Shown: one piece after another, positions 44,201 to 49,526 of the stretch | How the letters are laid out: every line of letters begins with the position of its first letter | Position numbering within the stretch: position 1 is the first letter of the stretch | DNA from: Minisyncoccota bacterium | GTDB taxonomy: Bacteria; Patescibacteriota; Minisyncoccia; Phycocordibacterales; UBA1006 | Direction: 5' to 3' | Assembly: GCA_036405175.1 (NCBI GenBank) | Contig: DASWYC010000002.1 | Coordinates: 403,714-467,713, forward strand | DNA: 64,000 nucleotides | Notes under the pieces: model-generated | The model's database searches: none | What the model saw: only the letters and a program-made list of their open reading frames with translations | Told to the model about the DNA's origin: nothing | Translations under genes and position numbers: made by a program

Positions 44201-45397
44201 GTCAAGAAGTCCGCGCGTACTATTCAAGCTGGTACTGTCCGAAGAGATCCTCAAGATACTCCCAGCCGTGAGAGCACTAGCTCCAAGTTCAAGTGCGTTT
44301 TCTGTTGTGGCTGTTGACCAGTTCCATGTTTGCGTGAAGTTCGTGTTGTCGATAGTGTTGGTTGTAATAGCACCTGTGAGTGATGAGATTGGTGACGTTG
44401 TATCTTCCCATGATGGAATTCCTCCGGTAAGCCCTAGCACTTGCCCGTTAATTCCTGCAGGCAATCGAACATAATCGGTTCCATCGTAGTACATGATGTC
44501 TCCAACGGCATCTGCACCAAGCTGAATCTTTGCACCAGTAACTGCATTATCCAAAATCTTGTTGGTGGTAATAGCCCCATTCCCAATTGCATTGGTAAGA
44601 ATGCTGTTATCTGCAAGTTTATCTGCAGTAATAGCTTGTGTTCCAATTTTTGAGGTGATTACTGAGTAGTCATCGAGCGCAAAGCTATTTACTGACTTAT
44701 TCGCAAGCTTTTCTGCGGTAATGGTGTAATTTACAATTTGGTCAGCGGTAATGCTGAGCTGAGAAAGCTTTGAAAGCGAAATGCTTCCGTCTGCAATTTT
44801 GTCTCCTGTGATTGAACCGTCCGCAAGCTTTGATGAAGTTACTGCAAGATCTGCAATTTTTTGCGTTGTTACAGCAAGGTCAGCAAGTTTCTGAGTAGTT
44901 ACTGATCCATTAGCAAGCTTAGCGGTAGTTACCGCAAGATCTTTGATGCGCTGAGTTGTAACAATGAGTGTATTTGGATTTGAAGAAGTATTTTGTGAGG
45001 CTGTTGTCTTTGGGAGCTGGGCAGCAATGTCACTAATGGTTTGTGAAGTTGGCTTAGTATTCTTTACTTCAGTGTTTTTAATACTTTGGGCAACTACAGC
45101 ATTTGAGTTTTTTGCATTTGGATTAAGCACTAATACGTTTTGTGAAGCAATTTGCTGAGTTCCCTTTGAGGTTAATACGCTTACGGTCTTTGAATTTGAG
45201 TTGAACGTTAAACTTCCTGCGTTTACTGGCTGGAATTTATTTATATCCTGATTTGATGAAGAAATTACATTGAGTGAGTCTGCAGCTGAAGAGTTTTGAG
45301 CGTATGTAACAGGAGTAATTTGCACTGAAAGAAAGAGCACAAGAGTGAGTAATGCGATGAAATTTTTTATAGTTTTATTGCAACGCATTAGGCTCAT
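32243..45397 (-). CDS. Giant secreted cell-surface protein (4,384 aa) with a tail-fibre-like architecture
   Basis: Single uninterrupted ORF. Signal peptide 'MSLMRCNKTIKNFIALLTLVLFLSVQITPVTYA'. Two blocks of 11-residue repeats ('DLAVTTQKIADLAVTSSKLADGSITGDKIADGS', 'NVTTAKIADLNITTQKIADGAVTAIKLATDAV'), each ending in '..MYY.GTDY.RLP.G..GQVL'. Many modules carrying 'GNVGIGTTxP'. C-terminal endosialidase-chaperone-like domain 'SDVRLKQNINETSYSLESVMNIQVRDYEYTYD...RQTGFLAQQLATVFPDAVY'. Final G/S/T/D/P low-complexity tail. Confidence 0.9.
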   Translation of the reverse strand: MSLMRCNKTIKNFIALLTLVLFLSVQITPVTYAQNSSAADSLNVISSSNQDINKFQPVNAGSLTFNSNSKTVSVLTSKGTQQIASQNVLVLNPNAKNSNAVVAQSIKNTEVKNTKPTSQTISDIAAQLPKTTASQNTSSNPNTLIVTTQRIKDLAVTTAKLANGSVTTQKLADLAVTTQKIADLAVTSSKLADGSITGDKIADGSISLSKLSQLSITADQIVNYTITAEKLANKSVNSFALDDYSVITSKIGTQAITADKLADNSILTNAIGNGAITTNKILDNAVTGAKIQLGADAVGDIMYYDGTDYVRLPAGINGQVLGLTGGIPSWEDTTSPISSLTGAITTNTIDNTNFTQTWNWSTATTENALELGASALTAGSILRISSDSTSLNSTRGLLDVANTGSSTSGVVARIQANNSADSGLTVFADGRIGINANTTGTTLALKQNANGNVLLNAQRATDVAPSGDFITYWNAAGDTVLYRVDNSGNVYAGGITNSNSITITSTSAPQLRVQYDGGNENTNSVSSAGVTTFGFNGTTPQGLFVPQSNRTDTFQFLTAGGLATVLNVDTQNQRVGVGTDTPASTFSVGTTSQFQVDSNGNVIANTINASGTLTLTGLSPSSMVFTDASSNLITATMSGDATITTGGVFTISNNAITTGKILDQNVTTAKIADLNITTQKIADGAVTAIKLATDAVETVKIKDLNVTTAKIDDLAITAGKLAADSVITAKILDSNVTTAKLADFAVTAIKLATDAVTTIKIQDGAVTTPKIADLNVTTQKIANNAVDGTKIQLGSDANGDMMYYNGTDYIRLPIGSGSQVLMVNSGVPMWGAGTSPISALTPAVASNSIDNTIYTQTWNWGGMGSGSALSIGITGTSAADNTALNLTTSSTGTNAYALRVNDDGTYADSTPFIVDVSGNVGIGTTSAAQKLTVAGTGSFTGNVGIGTTPDVTAPLNISSAFSSYITVKLNSSHVAGGVGFHESNALRGYVGYVGGSTIFPSGEIADAMVLHGNTALQFGVNSSPRITILNNGNVGVGTTSPSGYFSVGSSSQFQVNSSGAISAATGISSSGTINFSGLTASKVVFTDASKNLTSTGTVGVDQGGTGTTGLTGIVIGNGASAFTATTLSSGIATQISDETGTGALVFGTTPVFTTNISTPAIISSGALTVTPAAGQNLNVSLSGAGDFVVNSNQFVVDTSAGNVGIGTTTPAYALHVVANAPGSVPLAVQNTNDTGFSSMRYFDDAGVQRMSVGYGNANATAAVYREKAYIITYQANPLLIVTNSAERMRVTETGTVGIGTQTPGAQLEVKTAASGTVGLIVGGTTGQTGDLQQWKDANANTKLAIDASGALYQTPSMVFNTSTLDPNDATSHLFAIKNSPTIQFNPNAYSASDSFVANQFSPVFDMTGARASGVNFGYNTLYALYTDPAENQDMTNMDLRSLYGYVSHAGNVTLGTATGVAGRVNNTGSGAITNARSLWARNVNNTGGGTIGTAYGLYLDNQTAGTTNYSIYSAGGQSYFAGNFAIGTTTMNNGSKFDVQAPNATTASGNNIAFIESSDSQAGDKGGSLGFGGQVASGVVGAFASIAGRKENGTPGSPSGYLQLSSQTSAGVMTEAMRINSFSNVGIGVSGSGILRRVDIRNASGQSGSLTLMNNDFLINSTGTSMQFSSGAATGDTYYRMQVNNGGQASGGNLVINDFGGNVGIGTSTPTTFKLEVSGNVGPASDNANNLGSALKRYANVYATTFNGNITPTGFTQGSVVFAGSGGTLSQNNGKFFWDDTNGRLGIGTNSPTTTNGGLDIASGGIGLIVGADGSNTTRTNGATKEARIGVPHATNAEEPLAIIVASSSAGANNVVIGGGTSSMNTATTLFFSTAANTTTTTGSTRMLIDSSGNVGIGIGTNAPSSRLQISAAANAENMTLGSGAAVGLTVSNDNRLYGINFGVGASGKGWIQAGRVDGTATAYDLSLQASGGNVGIGTTTAGAKLDVSEVATGQTANRMIFESSNPGSTFNTTAGALTTWTGYFNNTATRSTGANQLTNVGLYASASGAQLNYAAIFDQGNVGIGTSAPGGKLHIADDTGGHLRLSRTSMTDRAITISAADNLVFGTWASPNQLIIDNTGKVGIGTTTPDSNLHISASSNSVYNLHISNGGGTATGMLITGGNSGSDASLLRIADNLNTTPFFVVTDGNVGVGTATPSTGKLQINTGAASNNALTLQASSQTSRTYGLGIDSSANFSIYDNTDAVARMVIDSTGEVGFGTTTPSAGVENYGTTQLTAAMTDAGARGSVLALNGNVATAGSGGAITFGNAQSVTAGSLGYAAIKGLLTNGGTNTVGDLAFSTRAVTTDTALTERMRIVGTTGNVGIGNSAPFAPLHVGAGNNLPIIDGAGVSLNPQVLNVQTSAGAAAYGVGINDGTNNRRVGLFVDQANGLAGISTAYSTGGLPFVFRNAGGERLRILDSGNIGIGTTTPSSPLHVEKGIAGGYVSTFTNTDTGTSSNGLRVEVSNNNANNTVQRWFVSGSEIMRVQANGKVGIGTAGPTATLEVASGGFSAQLEGTTLMFTRNTGPSYIAANQTNGYLAFVTNGRAQSEANSNFVLKSDLNSYFNGDVGIGTSTPTRSLQINAATDAFSVYSSGVLNNSTSSAPSFLSPKNTVGLFIGSGTNAAPAESTTGYTANESSGNIRFNGAGVGWGDFGYYPNGNVSGEYGAFRFSVTGTTIDTVPDAKVGMGSVYVAGSAGIGTTSPANKLHVYTASGEVMSSVDANGNAPITMLANSAADPAIYTKTGSALRFGTTTNGLASSGFAEAMRIQGGNTGLGDINPTVAKLSVVSGTGDQLSLNGTGTANTVLRFRDDGTETGAIYTLNGETTMRVRAAGALYLDGGGTSNGALTVLANNNVGVGTTSPNNVFDVVTGAAAGYGNYAQIRTSGSTAYRGGLLLTNVPTTVAGATSFKMSSSFNNGSSANAQFGFVANNDADTFLNSGAALEFQYNGNVILAGQGTGNVGIGMNSPGTVKLNVREDVNGDGDIVLSNPNTGTAARAIMSFNSDSASGLISATSGAYTGVSGWADSMVLQTSAATSGGLVIYSANAGIRFQNSGGTDAMILASGNLALGPAVASSRFHVSESNTATSTANGITIEQSGTGDASMHFLLTSSTRYTMGIDNSDSDKFKIGTSGDLNSGNLLTLTSGGYMGLGTAAPAKKLEIVDSGLKISGTNAIEGSPNNARFIVDSGASTSHVLADLRNSNGSTLWVGGRDIGVGTVNPSAKLDVSDVITAQTANRITFESSNPGSTFNTTAGALTAWAGYFNNTATRSTGANALTNVGLYASASGAQNNYAAIFESGSVGIGTTSPQKTFHIQTPSGDLAYTSDSNANYLQFGNGTFSGAKDVRFTSPNAGINLLTLSSSGNVGIGTTAPVTKLQVVQGTTDLGTVSNSAGGTTITGVGTQFQNIFKVGDTITMTSDGETQVISAIASNTSMTTVLPWVSAHTNAAYSLSGGTRLAVLGNGNVGIGTATPSANLEVASSLGQNPAFRISDADVALPDYSGTVFSPGLSANTIGQWASYSGTTGGVQLAGFTAGGSNTGTPFALVGYHGGSTPTTAAINLVGYKHNGGNNRTALGSSELILQVSNTIGNPLMTVLGGGNVGIGATNPGAKLEVTGTTRMSYDASNYTTFTPQSNGNIFIASTGGGIYASNGSTNNYFFAYDGINNRYSYVSGTGLAVTDGGVNRAFFPYSGSSYINNGSNFGIGITTPGATLDTNGTIRTISANVPASGSGLEMSYTGGSGEILAYNRSGAAYLPLRLRGNGLKLYNGSSVGIDVDGTTGNVGIGTTAPSVALVVNSSSANTARMLRSFTSGNATLSAAVGRLEFGTTDSSTYAEYIGANVTAVATEAWTAASARGTALTFSTTANTTTTTTERMRIDHNGNVGINTTSPSSTNGGLDISSSALTLVLGADGNGTTSRTNTTAKSARIGAYHYTNAEEPMAMIFGNPGDLFNSLSIGGGTSLMNAATAIDFFTAINTTTTTGTLRMSIAANGNVGIGGGITTGSATAPLEVKNNTATTAANYLSQFYNTASSLTSTGGGVNIRIDATTGTGWPLMFSKASGTAMQGVSCNYATNTCSIATPSDVRLKQNINETSYSLESVMNIQVRDYEYTYDSTHTRQTGFLAQQLATVFPDAVYVGSSSASIAAGDLKNTWSVDYTRVVPLLTKAIQDIGNITSTFRTNLIAWFGNVENGITDFYAKTVKGDKVETKELCIDDVCVTRDELMKLKSMQVNADNGNGGGGTPTPPPTDGGAPSGDGSGSGTGDNSGTPSGDSGSTGDTGTPSGDTGTGDSGSQPSGDTGSGSGTTGTTGGDSGSTTGGSGDSGSTGGDTGATPTPPTQ
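42940..43450 (-). repeat. 33-bp tandem coding repeats (11-residue protein repeats, block 2)
   Basis: Recurring 'gcaatttttgcagtagtaacattc...', 'gcaagtttgattgcagtaacagc...' units. The plus-frame ORF 43122..43409 is itself periodic. Confidence 0.6.
44400..44950 (-). repeat. 33-bp tandem coding repeats (11-residue protein repeats, block 1)
   Basis: Recurring units such as 'gcaagctttgatgaagttactgcaagatctgcaatttttt'. The opposite-strand ORFs in the track show the same periodicity. Confidence 0.6.
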
Positions 45398-45466
45398 AAT
45401 TTACCTCTTAATTGTACCATTTTTTATGGCTAAATTTAGAACACAAATTCATATACTGTGGATATA

Positions 45467-45496
45467 TTGACATGCTTTTTAACGTTTATTTATAAT
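45467..45496 (+). promoter_or_regulatory. Near-consensus sigma70 promoter for the CPBP protease gene
   Basis: TTGACA (45467-45472), 18-nt spacer, TATAAT (45491-45496). The divergent giant-gene promoter candidate shows an extended -10 'TGGTACAAT' on the minus strand, and 'AAGAGG' precedes the giant ATG. Confidence 0.45.
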
Positions 45497-45594
45497 GCTT
45501 TTTTAAGTGCTACAACTTTGCGTTGTGATGATGATCATGATAAAAAAACTTTATCAATTTTTTAGCAAAAAATTCACCCAAAAAGTGGAGATTT

Positions 45595-46293
45595 TTGTAC
45601 CAAAAAATACTCAAAAGTGAGTATGGTACGATTACAGTGATGAATCCAACACTCACCGATGCAATTCAGAAGATTCAAACGAGTAAAGCAGAAATTTTTA
45701 CTCACATTTTGGTGGTGTTTGTACTCCCTATCGTATTTATTAAGACGCAAATTCTTGCAATTGAGTATCGAGTACCCGTTTTAGTAGCACTTATTACCCT
45801 GTTGTGTGCAATTGTGCTCCGAGAAAAGTGGACATTTAGCATGTTGGGACTCAAAACAGGAACATTTAAAAAATATTTTCTTCCCTATGCACTCTTTACC
45901 GTTGCTGGAGTTGCTTTTATCATCAGCATGGCGCATGGACTTGGATATAAAGGCATTCCTCATTGGTGGTCATACCCGCATTTTATCTATCTTTTTTTCA
46001 TTGTATCCCTCTTTCAAGAGATCGGCTATCGTGCATATCTTATTCCAGCACTCGGGAAAATAACCAATGACCCAATCTGGATTCTGCTTTTAAATACAAT
46101 ACTTTTTACCCTATTACACACTATTTTCCCTAACATGATCGTTGGTCTTCCGGTTGCATTTGTTGGCGGTCTTGGGTTTGCACTCATGTACATGAAATAT
46201 CCAAATCTTCCTCTTGTTGTTTTAAGCCATTCAGTGCTTAACTTCTGTGCAGTTCTTTATGGATTTTTTGTAGTTCCAGGTGTTACCTACTAA
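45595..46293 (+). CDS. CPBP-family intramembrane metalloprotease (CAAX protease/Abi family); possible start MNPTL at 45640
   Basis: Polytopic. Motif 1 'FQEIGYRAYL' (EExxxR-like), motif 2 'LFTLLHTIF' (FxxxH), motif 3 'SHSVLNF' (HxxxN). Confidence 0.8.
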   Translation: MYQKILKSEYGTITVMNPTLTDAIQKIQTSKAEIFTHILVVFVLPIVFIKTQILAIEYRVPVLVALITLLCAIVLREKWTFSMLGLKTGTFKKYFLPYALFTVAGVAFIISMAHGLGYKGIPHWWSYPHFIYLFFIVSLFQEIGYRAYLIPALGKITNDPIWILLLNTILFTLLHTIFPNMIVGLPVAFVGGLGFALMYMKYPNLPLVVLSHSVLNFCAVLYGFFVVPGVTY

Positions 46294-46312
46294 AAGTATT
46301 GACATCTTTTGC

Positions 46313-46340
46313 AATGCAATTACGTTGCATTTTTTATTTT
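46313..46340 (+). terminator. Terminator of the CPBP gene
   Basis: AATGCAA-TTACG-TTGCATT followed by TTTTATTTT. Confidence 0.45.
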
Positions 46341-46349
46341 GCAACTTAT

Positions 46350-46380
46350 TTGCAAAATAAAATCGAGAGTAAAAACTCTC
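46350..46380 (-). terminator. Terminator of the 46406..46843 gene
   Basis: GAGAGT-AAAA-ACTCTC. The minus sense is followed by GATTTTATTTT. Confidence 0.4.
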
Positions 46381-46405
46381 AATTTTACATAGAACGTACC
46401 TAACA

Positions 46406-46843
46406 TTATAGTGCCAAAACGGGTATAAAATTACCCCTAAACGCGGGTTCTTCGGAAGTACCTTCGCTTAATTCGCCTGATTTTACAACAAAATCTTCAC
46501 CTTCCTGAAAGACCCCAACTTCATTTCCTCCTCCACCGGACCAGCACTGTATACGAGATACTTCATTTTGATCAGCAGGTTCACTTAAAATTCCCGTCTT
46601 ACCTTTAGGTACTTCTTGGCAACTTCCTTCAAAAGTTCCAATAATATGTTCTGTATTATTTACCACTAATACAACTTCTGTTTGGGGCATACCGTATTGC
46701 TCTGGTTTTTGATTAAACCTCCAGACATAGCTAGCGCGTCCAAGTTGATCTGATATTGCGGGTGCATTCACCTTCTTTTTGATAACAAGATACACTATTG
46801 CAACAATTACTACTAAAATAATAAGCCAAAGAATCTTTTTCAT
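46406..46843 (-). CDS. Small membrane-anchored hypothetical protein (145 aa)
   Basis: N-terminal TM 'ILWLIILVVIVAIVYLVI'. Extracytoplasmic domain with Cys pair and 'SGGGGNEVG'. Confidence 0.55.
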   Translation of the reverse strand: MKKILWLIILVVIVAIVYLVIKKKVNAPAISDQLGRASYVWRFNQKPEQYGMPQTEVVLVVNNTEHIIGTFEGSCQEVPKGKTGILSEPADQNEVSRIQCWSGGGGNEVGVFQEGEDFVVKSGELSEGTSEEPAFRGNFIPVLAL

Positions 46844-46855
46844 AGTATAAATTTA

Positions 46856-47266
46856 TTATTTACCCACCGTCCGCATCATTTGGGCTCGTATAATGCCGAC
46901 AATATCGTACTGATGCCAGTGATCACTCGACAGAGCTTCCACCGGGACCATCAGGCCTTGTACGTTTATTTTATTTGCCTTTTGTGCACGCTGAAATTCC
47001 TTTTCAGGAATCCCGCTTACATCAAGCGCGTAATATTCTCCGCTTGTCGACTTCATCCCTTGAGCACATTCTTTAGTTTGAGGAGTTTTAGTGTCGCCTT
47101 TCTGTGGTAAACACCCCACCTTACCAGTTACTGCAATTGGTTCTTCGGTAGAAACAAATTGAGCACTTGCAAGCTTTTTATTGAGCCATACAAAGAGAGA
47201 AATACCGAGCACGATAACAATAGCAAGGAACGCAAGTGATTGGTAGCGCTGGCCATCAGATTTCAT
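46856..47266 (-). CDS. Small membrane-anchored hypothetical protein (136 aa)
   Basis: N-terminal TM 'LAFLAIVIVLGISLFVWL'. Same architecture and similar Cys/Lys-rich segment ('GKVGCLPQKGDTKTPQTKEC') as its neighbour. Confidence 0.55.
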   Translation of the reverse strand: MKSDGQRYQSLAFLAIVIVLGISLFVWLNKKLASAQFVSTEEPIAVTGKVGCLPQKGDTKTPQTKECAQGMKSTSGEYYALDVSGIPEKEFQRAQKANKINVQGLMVPVEALSSDHWHQYDIVGIIRAQMMRTVGK

Positions 47267-47373
47267 ACTTCTATTGTACTATGTCCCACCCTTCACCAAA
47301 TCCCATTCATTTCTTACTAAGTGGAAAACCAAAAACCCACCGTACGGTGGGTTTTGATGTCGATATATAGTTT

Positions 47374-48723
47374 TTATCGTACCAAGTAGAACACTCCTGT
47401 TGCATAGGTTGTTGCATTCTTGTCTTGATCGGTTGACGTTACTTTAAAGTAGTAGAATGTGTTGCGATTAAGACTGCGGAGTGATACAGCATGGCTTCTG
47501 GTAAGGCGTCCTTGCGATACAGTCTTGGTGGTTGAATCGGTAAAGTCTGGTGAAGTACTGTACGTAATTACATCAGTAGTCGCCTCGTTAGTTGACCAAC
47601 GAATCGTTGCTGCACGTGACGTATAGCTTGGCGCTGCAGAAAGATTATAGATAATTGGTCGTGAAGTATTTGGGGTTGGTGTTGGATTTACTGATGCTCC
47701 TGCCGTAAAGCTTCGTTCATCAGATTGTCCAACATTATTTGCCTGATCAGTTCCTCCTACACGATAGAGATATCCACGTCCTTCGGTAAGTCCACTAATG
47801 GTTACCTTGTGACTTGTAGTAAATTCTCGTGATTCGGTTGCAGTTTTGGTGTCATTAAGGAGTCCAAACATACGACTATTGGTGTTGTTTTCACGATACC
47901 ACACAACACTAGTAGTTGGCTCATTTGTAGTCCATGTAATGGTTGCTGAACTATTTGAGATATTAGTTAGCTGAACATTACTAATTACAGGACTCATGGT
48001 GTCATTTGGATTGTTTACCGTAGTCCATCCAATGGTATCTGAGGTTACTGAATTTCCACTTCTGTCGGTTGCAACAATTTTTACTTGATAATCAGTTTGA
48101 GCATTAAGGTCCACCAATGGAATTACATGTGATGTTGCAGCTGGTGATGATTGAACCATCTGAGTTGAGGTGCTGCCACGTACGTTATACGTTGCAGTTA
48201 TGGTTACTGGCTCATTAGCAATCACATTAACTGATGCTTTTGAGGTTGTTACGCCGGTTACCGTAAAGGTATTGATCACAGGAAGTCCATTTGAGTTGTT
48301 ATTTGCTGAGGTGGTAAAAGTACGTTCGTTTGAAATACTTGTTGCTCCATCTCTATTTACGCCACCCACCGTAAAGGTGTATTGGGTATTTGGTTGTAAA
48401 TTATTAACTTTGATACGATGCTCGGTGCGATATCCAGTGCTTCGTTGAGCAGCTGCACTAAGCGCCACTTGATAGGTTATTGCATTGCTATTATTTGAGA
48501 GACGATACCAAACTAAACTTGTAGTTGGCTCTGAAGTTCTCCAAGAAATAATTGCAGAATCTTTGGTAACATTTGTTACTTCAATACTGTTATTAATGCT
48601 GGTTACGATTGTTGAATTGTTTTGCGCATGAATGAGCTGAGGTAATACAAGAAGGCTCACGGCAACTAACATGCTTGCCATAAAAATACGCAAAAAATTA
48701 AAACTGGTTGATGATGTAGTCAT
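47374..48723 (-). CDS. Secreted protein with three fibronectin type III-like domains
   Basis: Signal peptide. Three repeats with the FN3 pattern 'SAIISWRTSEPTTSLVWYR...QPNTQYTFTV', 'ATITWTTNEPTTSVVWYR...GRGYLYRV', 'ATIRWSTNEATTDVITYS...NTFYYFKVTS'. Confidence 0.7.
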   Translation of the reverse strand: MTTSSTSFNFLRIFMASMLVAVSLLVLPQLIHAQNNSTIVTSINNSIEVTNVTKDSAIISWRTSEPTTSLVWYRLSNNSNAITYQVALSAAAQRSTGYRTEHRIKVNNLQPNTQYTFTVGGVNRDGATSISNERTFTTSANNNSNGLPVINTFTVTGVTTSKASVNVIANEPVTITATYNVRGSTSTQMVQSSPAATSHVIPLVDLNAQTDYQVKIVATDRSGNSVTSDTIGWTTVNNPNDTMSPVISNVQLTNISNSSATITWTTNEPTTSVVWYRENNTNSRMFGLLNDTKTATESREFTTSHKVTISGLTEGRGYLYRVGGTDQANNVGQSDERSFTAGASVNPTPTPNTSRPIIYNLSAAPSYTSRAATIRWSTNEATTDVITYSTSPDFTDSTTKTVSQGRLTRSHAVSLRSLNRNTFYYFKVTSTDQDKNATTYATGVFYLVR

Positions 48724-48883
48724 ACGATAATTTACTTAAAATTAAGCTATTACATATTCGACCTACATCATAGATGACGATCTTGTTTTGATGATATGTC
48801 ACTAAAAAATCGTACGGAAACTTTTTATGGAAAGTGTCAATAAAGCCTTTATTTTCATGCAAATTTCATAATTTAAATAAATC

Positions 48884-48913
48884 ATAAACCCCTTCATATA
48901 CAAGAGGTTTATA
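48884..48913 (-). terminator. Terminator after the 48926..49522 gene
   Basis: AAACCCCTT-(8 nt)-AAGAGGTTT, one mismatch. Confidence 0.35.
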
Positions 48914-48925
48914 TCCTTTTGAATA

Positions 48926-49522
48926 TTATTTTTTGAAATACAATTGCTTAATCTCCTTGCCTGCATTAGAAATAATAACAACTTCTAGCACTGGACTGAT
49001 AAATGAAAATCGGGAGATGTTTTCTATTTTCACTTTTTCAGCGTCCTCTCTGTCTTCTAAGGCAATCAAAGCCAGATGTGGAGAGTATTCACTCATGACA
49101 TACGGATATCCATATTTATCAATGTATAGTTGCTCAGTTTGAGAGTATAACCCTCGATGTTCAACATATGTGCTTCTTACCAAATCTCCCCTAAGCTTAT
49201 TGAGAGCCTCAACAATTTTGAGGTGCACTCTTTCAACTGATGAACTTTTCTGATACTTAATTCCCACATATTCATTTTTAATATTCACACTAGTAGGAAC
49301 AAGCTCAATATCTCCTACTTCCGATGCAATTCTTTGCAGTGCTTCGATTACACTTTCTATATCGTTTTGTAAAACTTTGCATTGATAAATAGTTATGTGC
49401 GGATCAGCAAGACGCGACTTAATTACATATTGAGACTCGAGCAATTCCCTCACCTTTAGTAATTCATTCTGAGCAGACTGAGGTACACCAAATGTAACCG
49501 TTATCAAGCAGGTTGTATCCAT
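48926..49522 (-). CDS. Hypothetical protein, possibly 2H phosphoesterase (LigT-like) fold
   Basis: First motif 'PHITIY' (H-x-T-x) near residue 41. Second His motif is the degenerate 'PHLALIA' about 108 residues later. Spacing fits the 2H superfamily, but the second motif lacks Ser/Thr. Confidence 0.45.
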   Translation of the reverse strand: MDTTCLITVTFGVPQSAQNELLKVRELLESQYVIKSRLADPHITIYQCKVLQNDIESVIEALQRIASEVGDIELVPTSVNIKNEYVGIKYQKSSSVERVHLKIVEALNKLRGDLVRSTYVEHRGLYSQTEQLYIDKYGYPYVMSEYSPHLALIALEDREDAEKVKIENISRFSFISPVLEVVIISNAGKEIKQLYFKK

Positions 49523-49526
49523 ATAC

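Noticed and set aside
33210-44653. Numerous 60-130-aa ORFs in the plus-strand frames inside the giant gene (e.g. 36237..36635, 43122..43409, 44076..44474)
   Set aside because: They lie antisense to a continuous 4,384-aa ORF with coherent domain structure, and their periodic sequences simply mirror the coding repeats. Not independent genes.
42940-44950. Considered whether the regular tandem repeats could be a CRISPR array
   Set aside because: Repeats are contiguous 33-bp units without unique spacers. They are in-frame coding sequence of the giant protein, and no cas genes are nearby.
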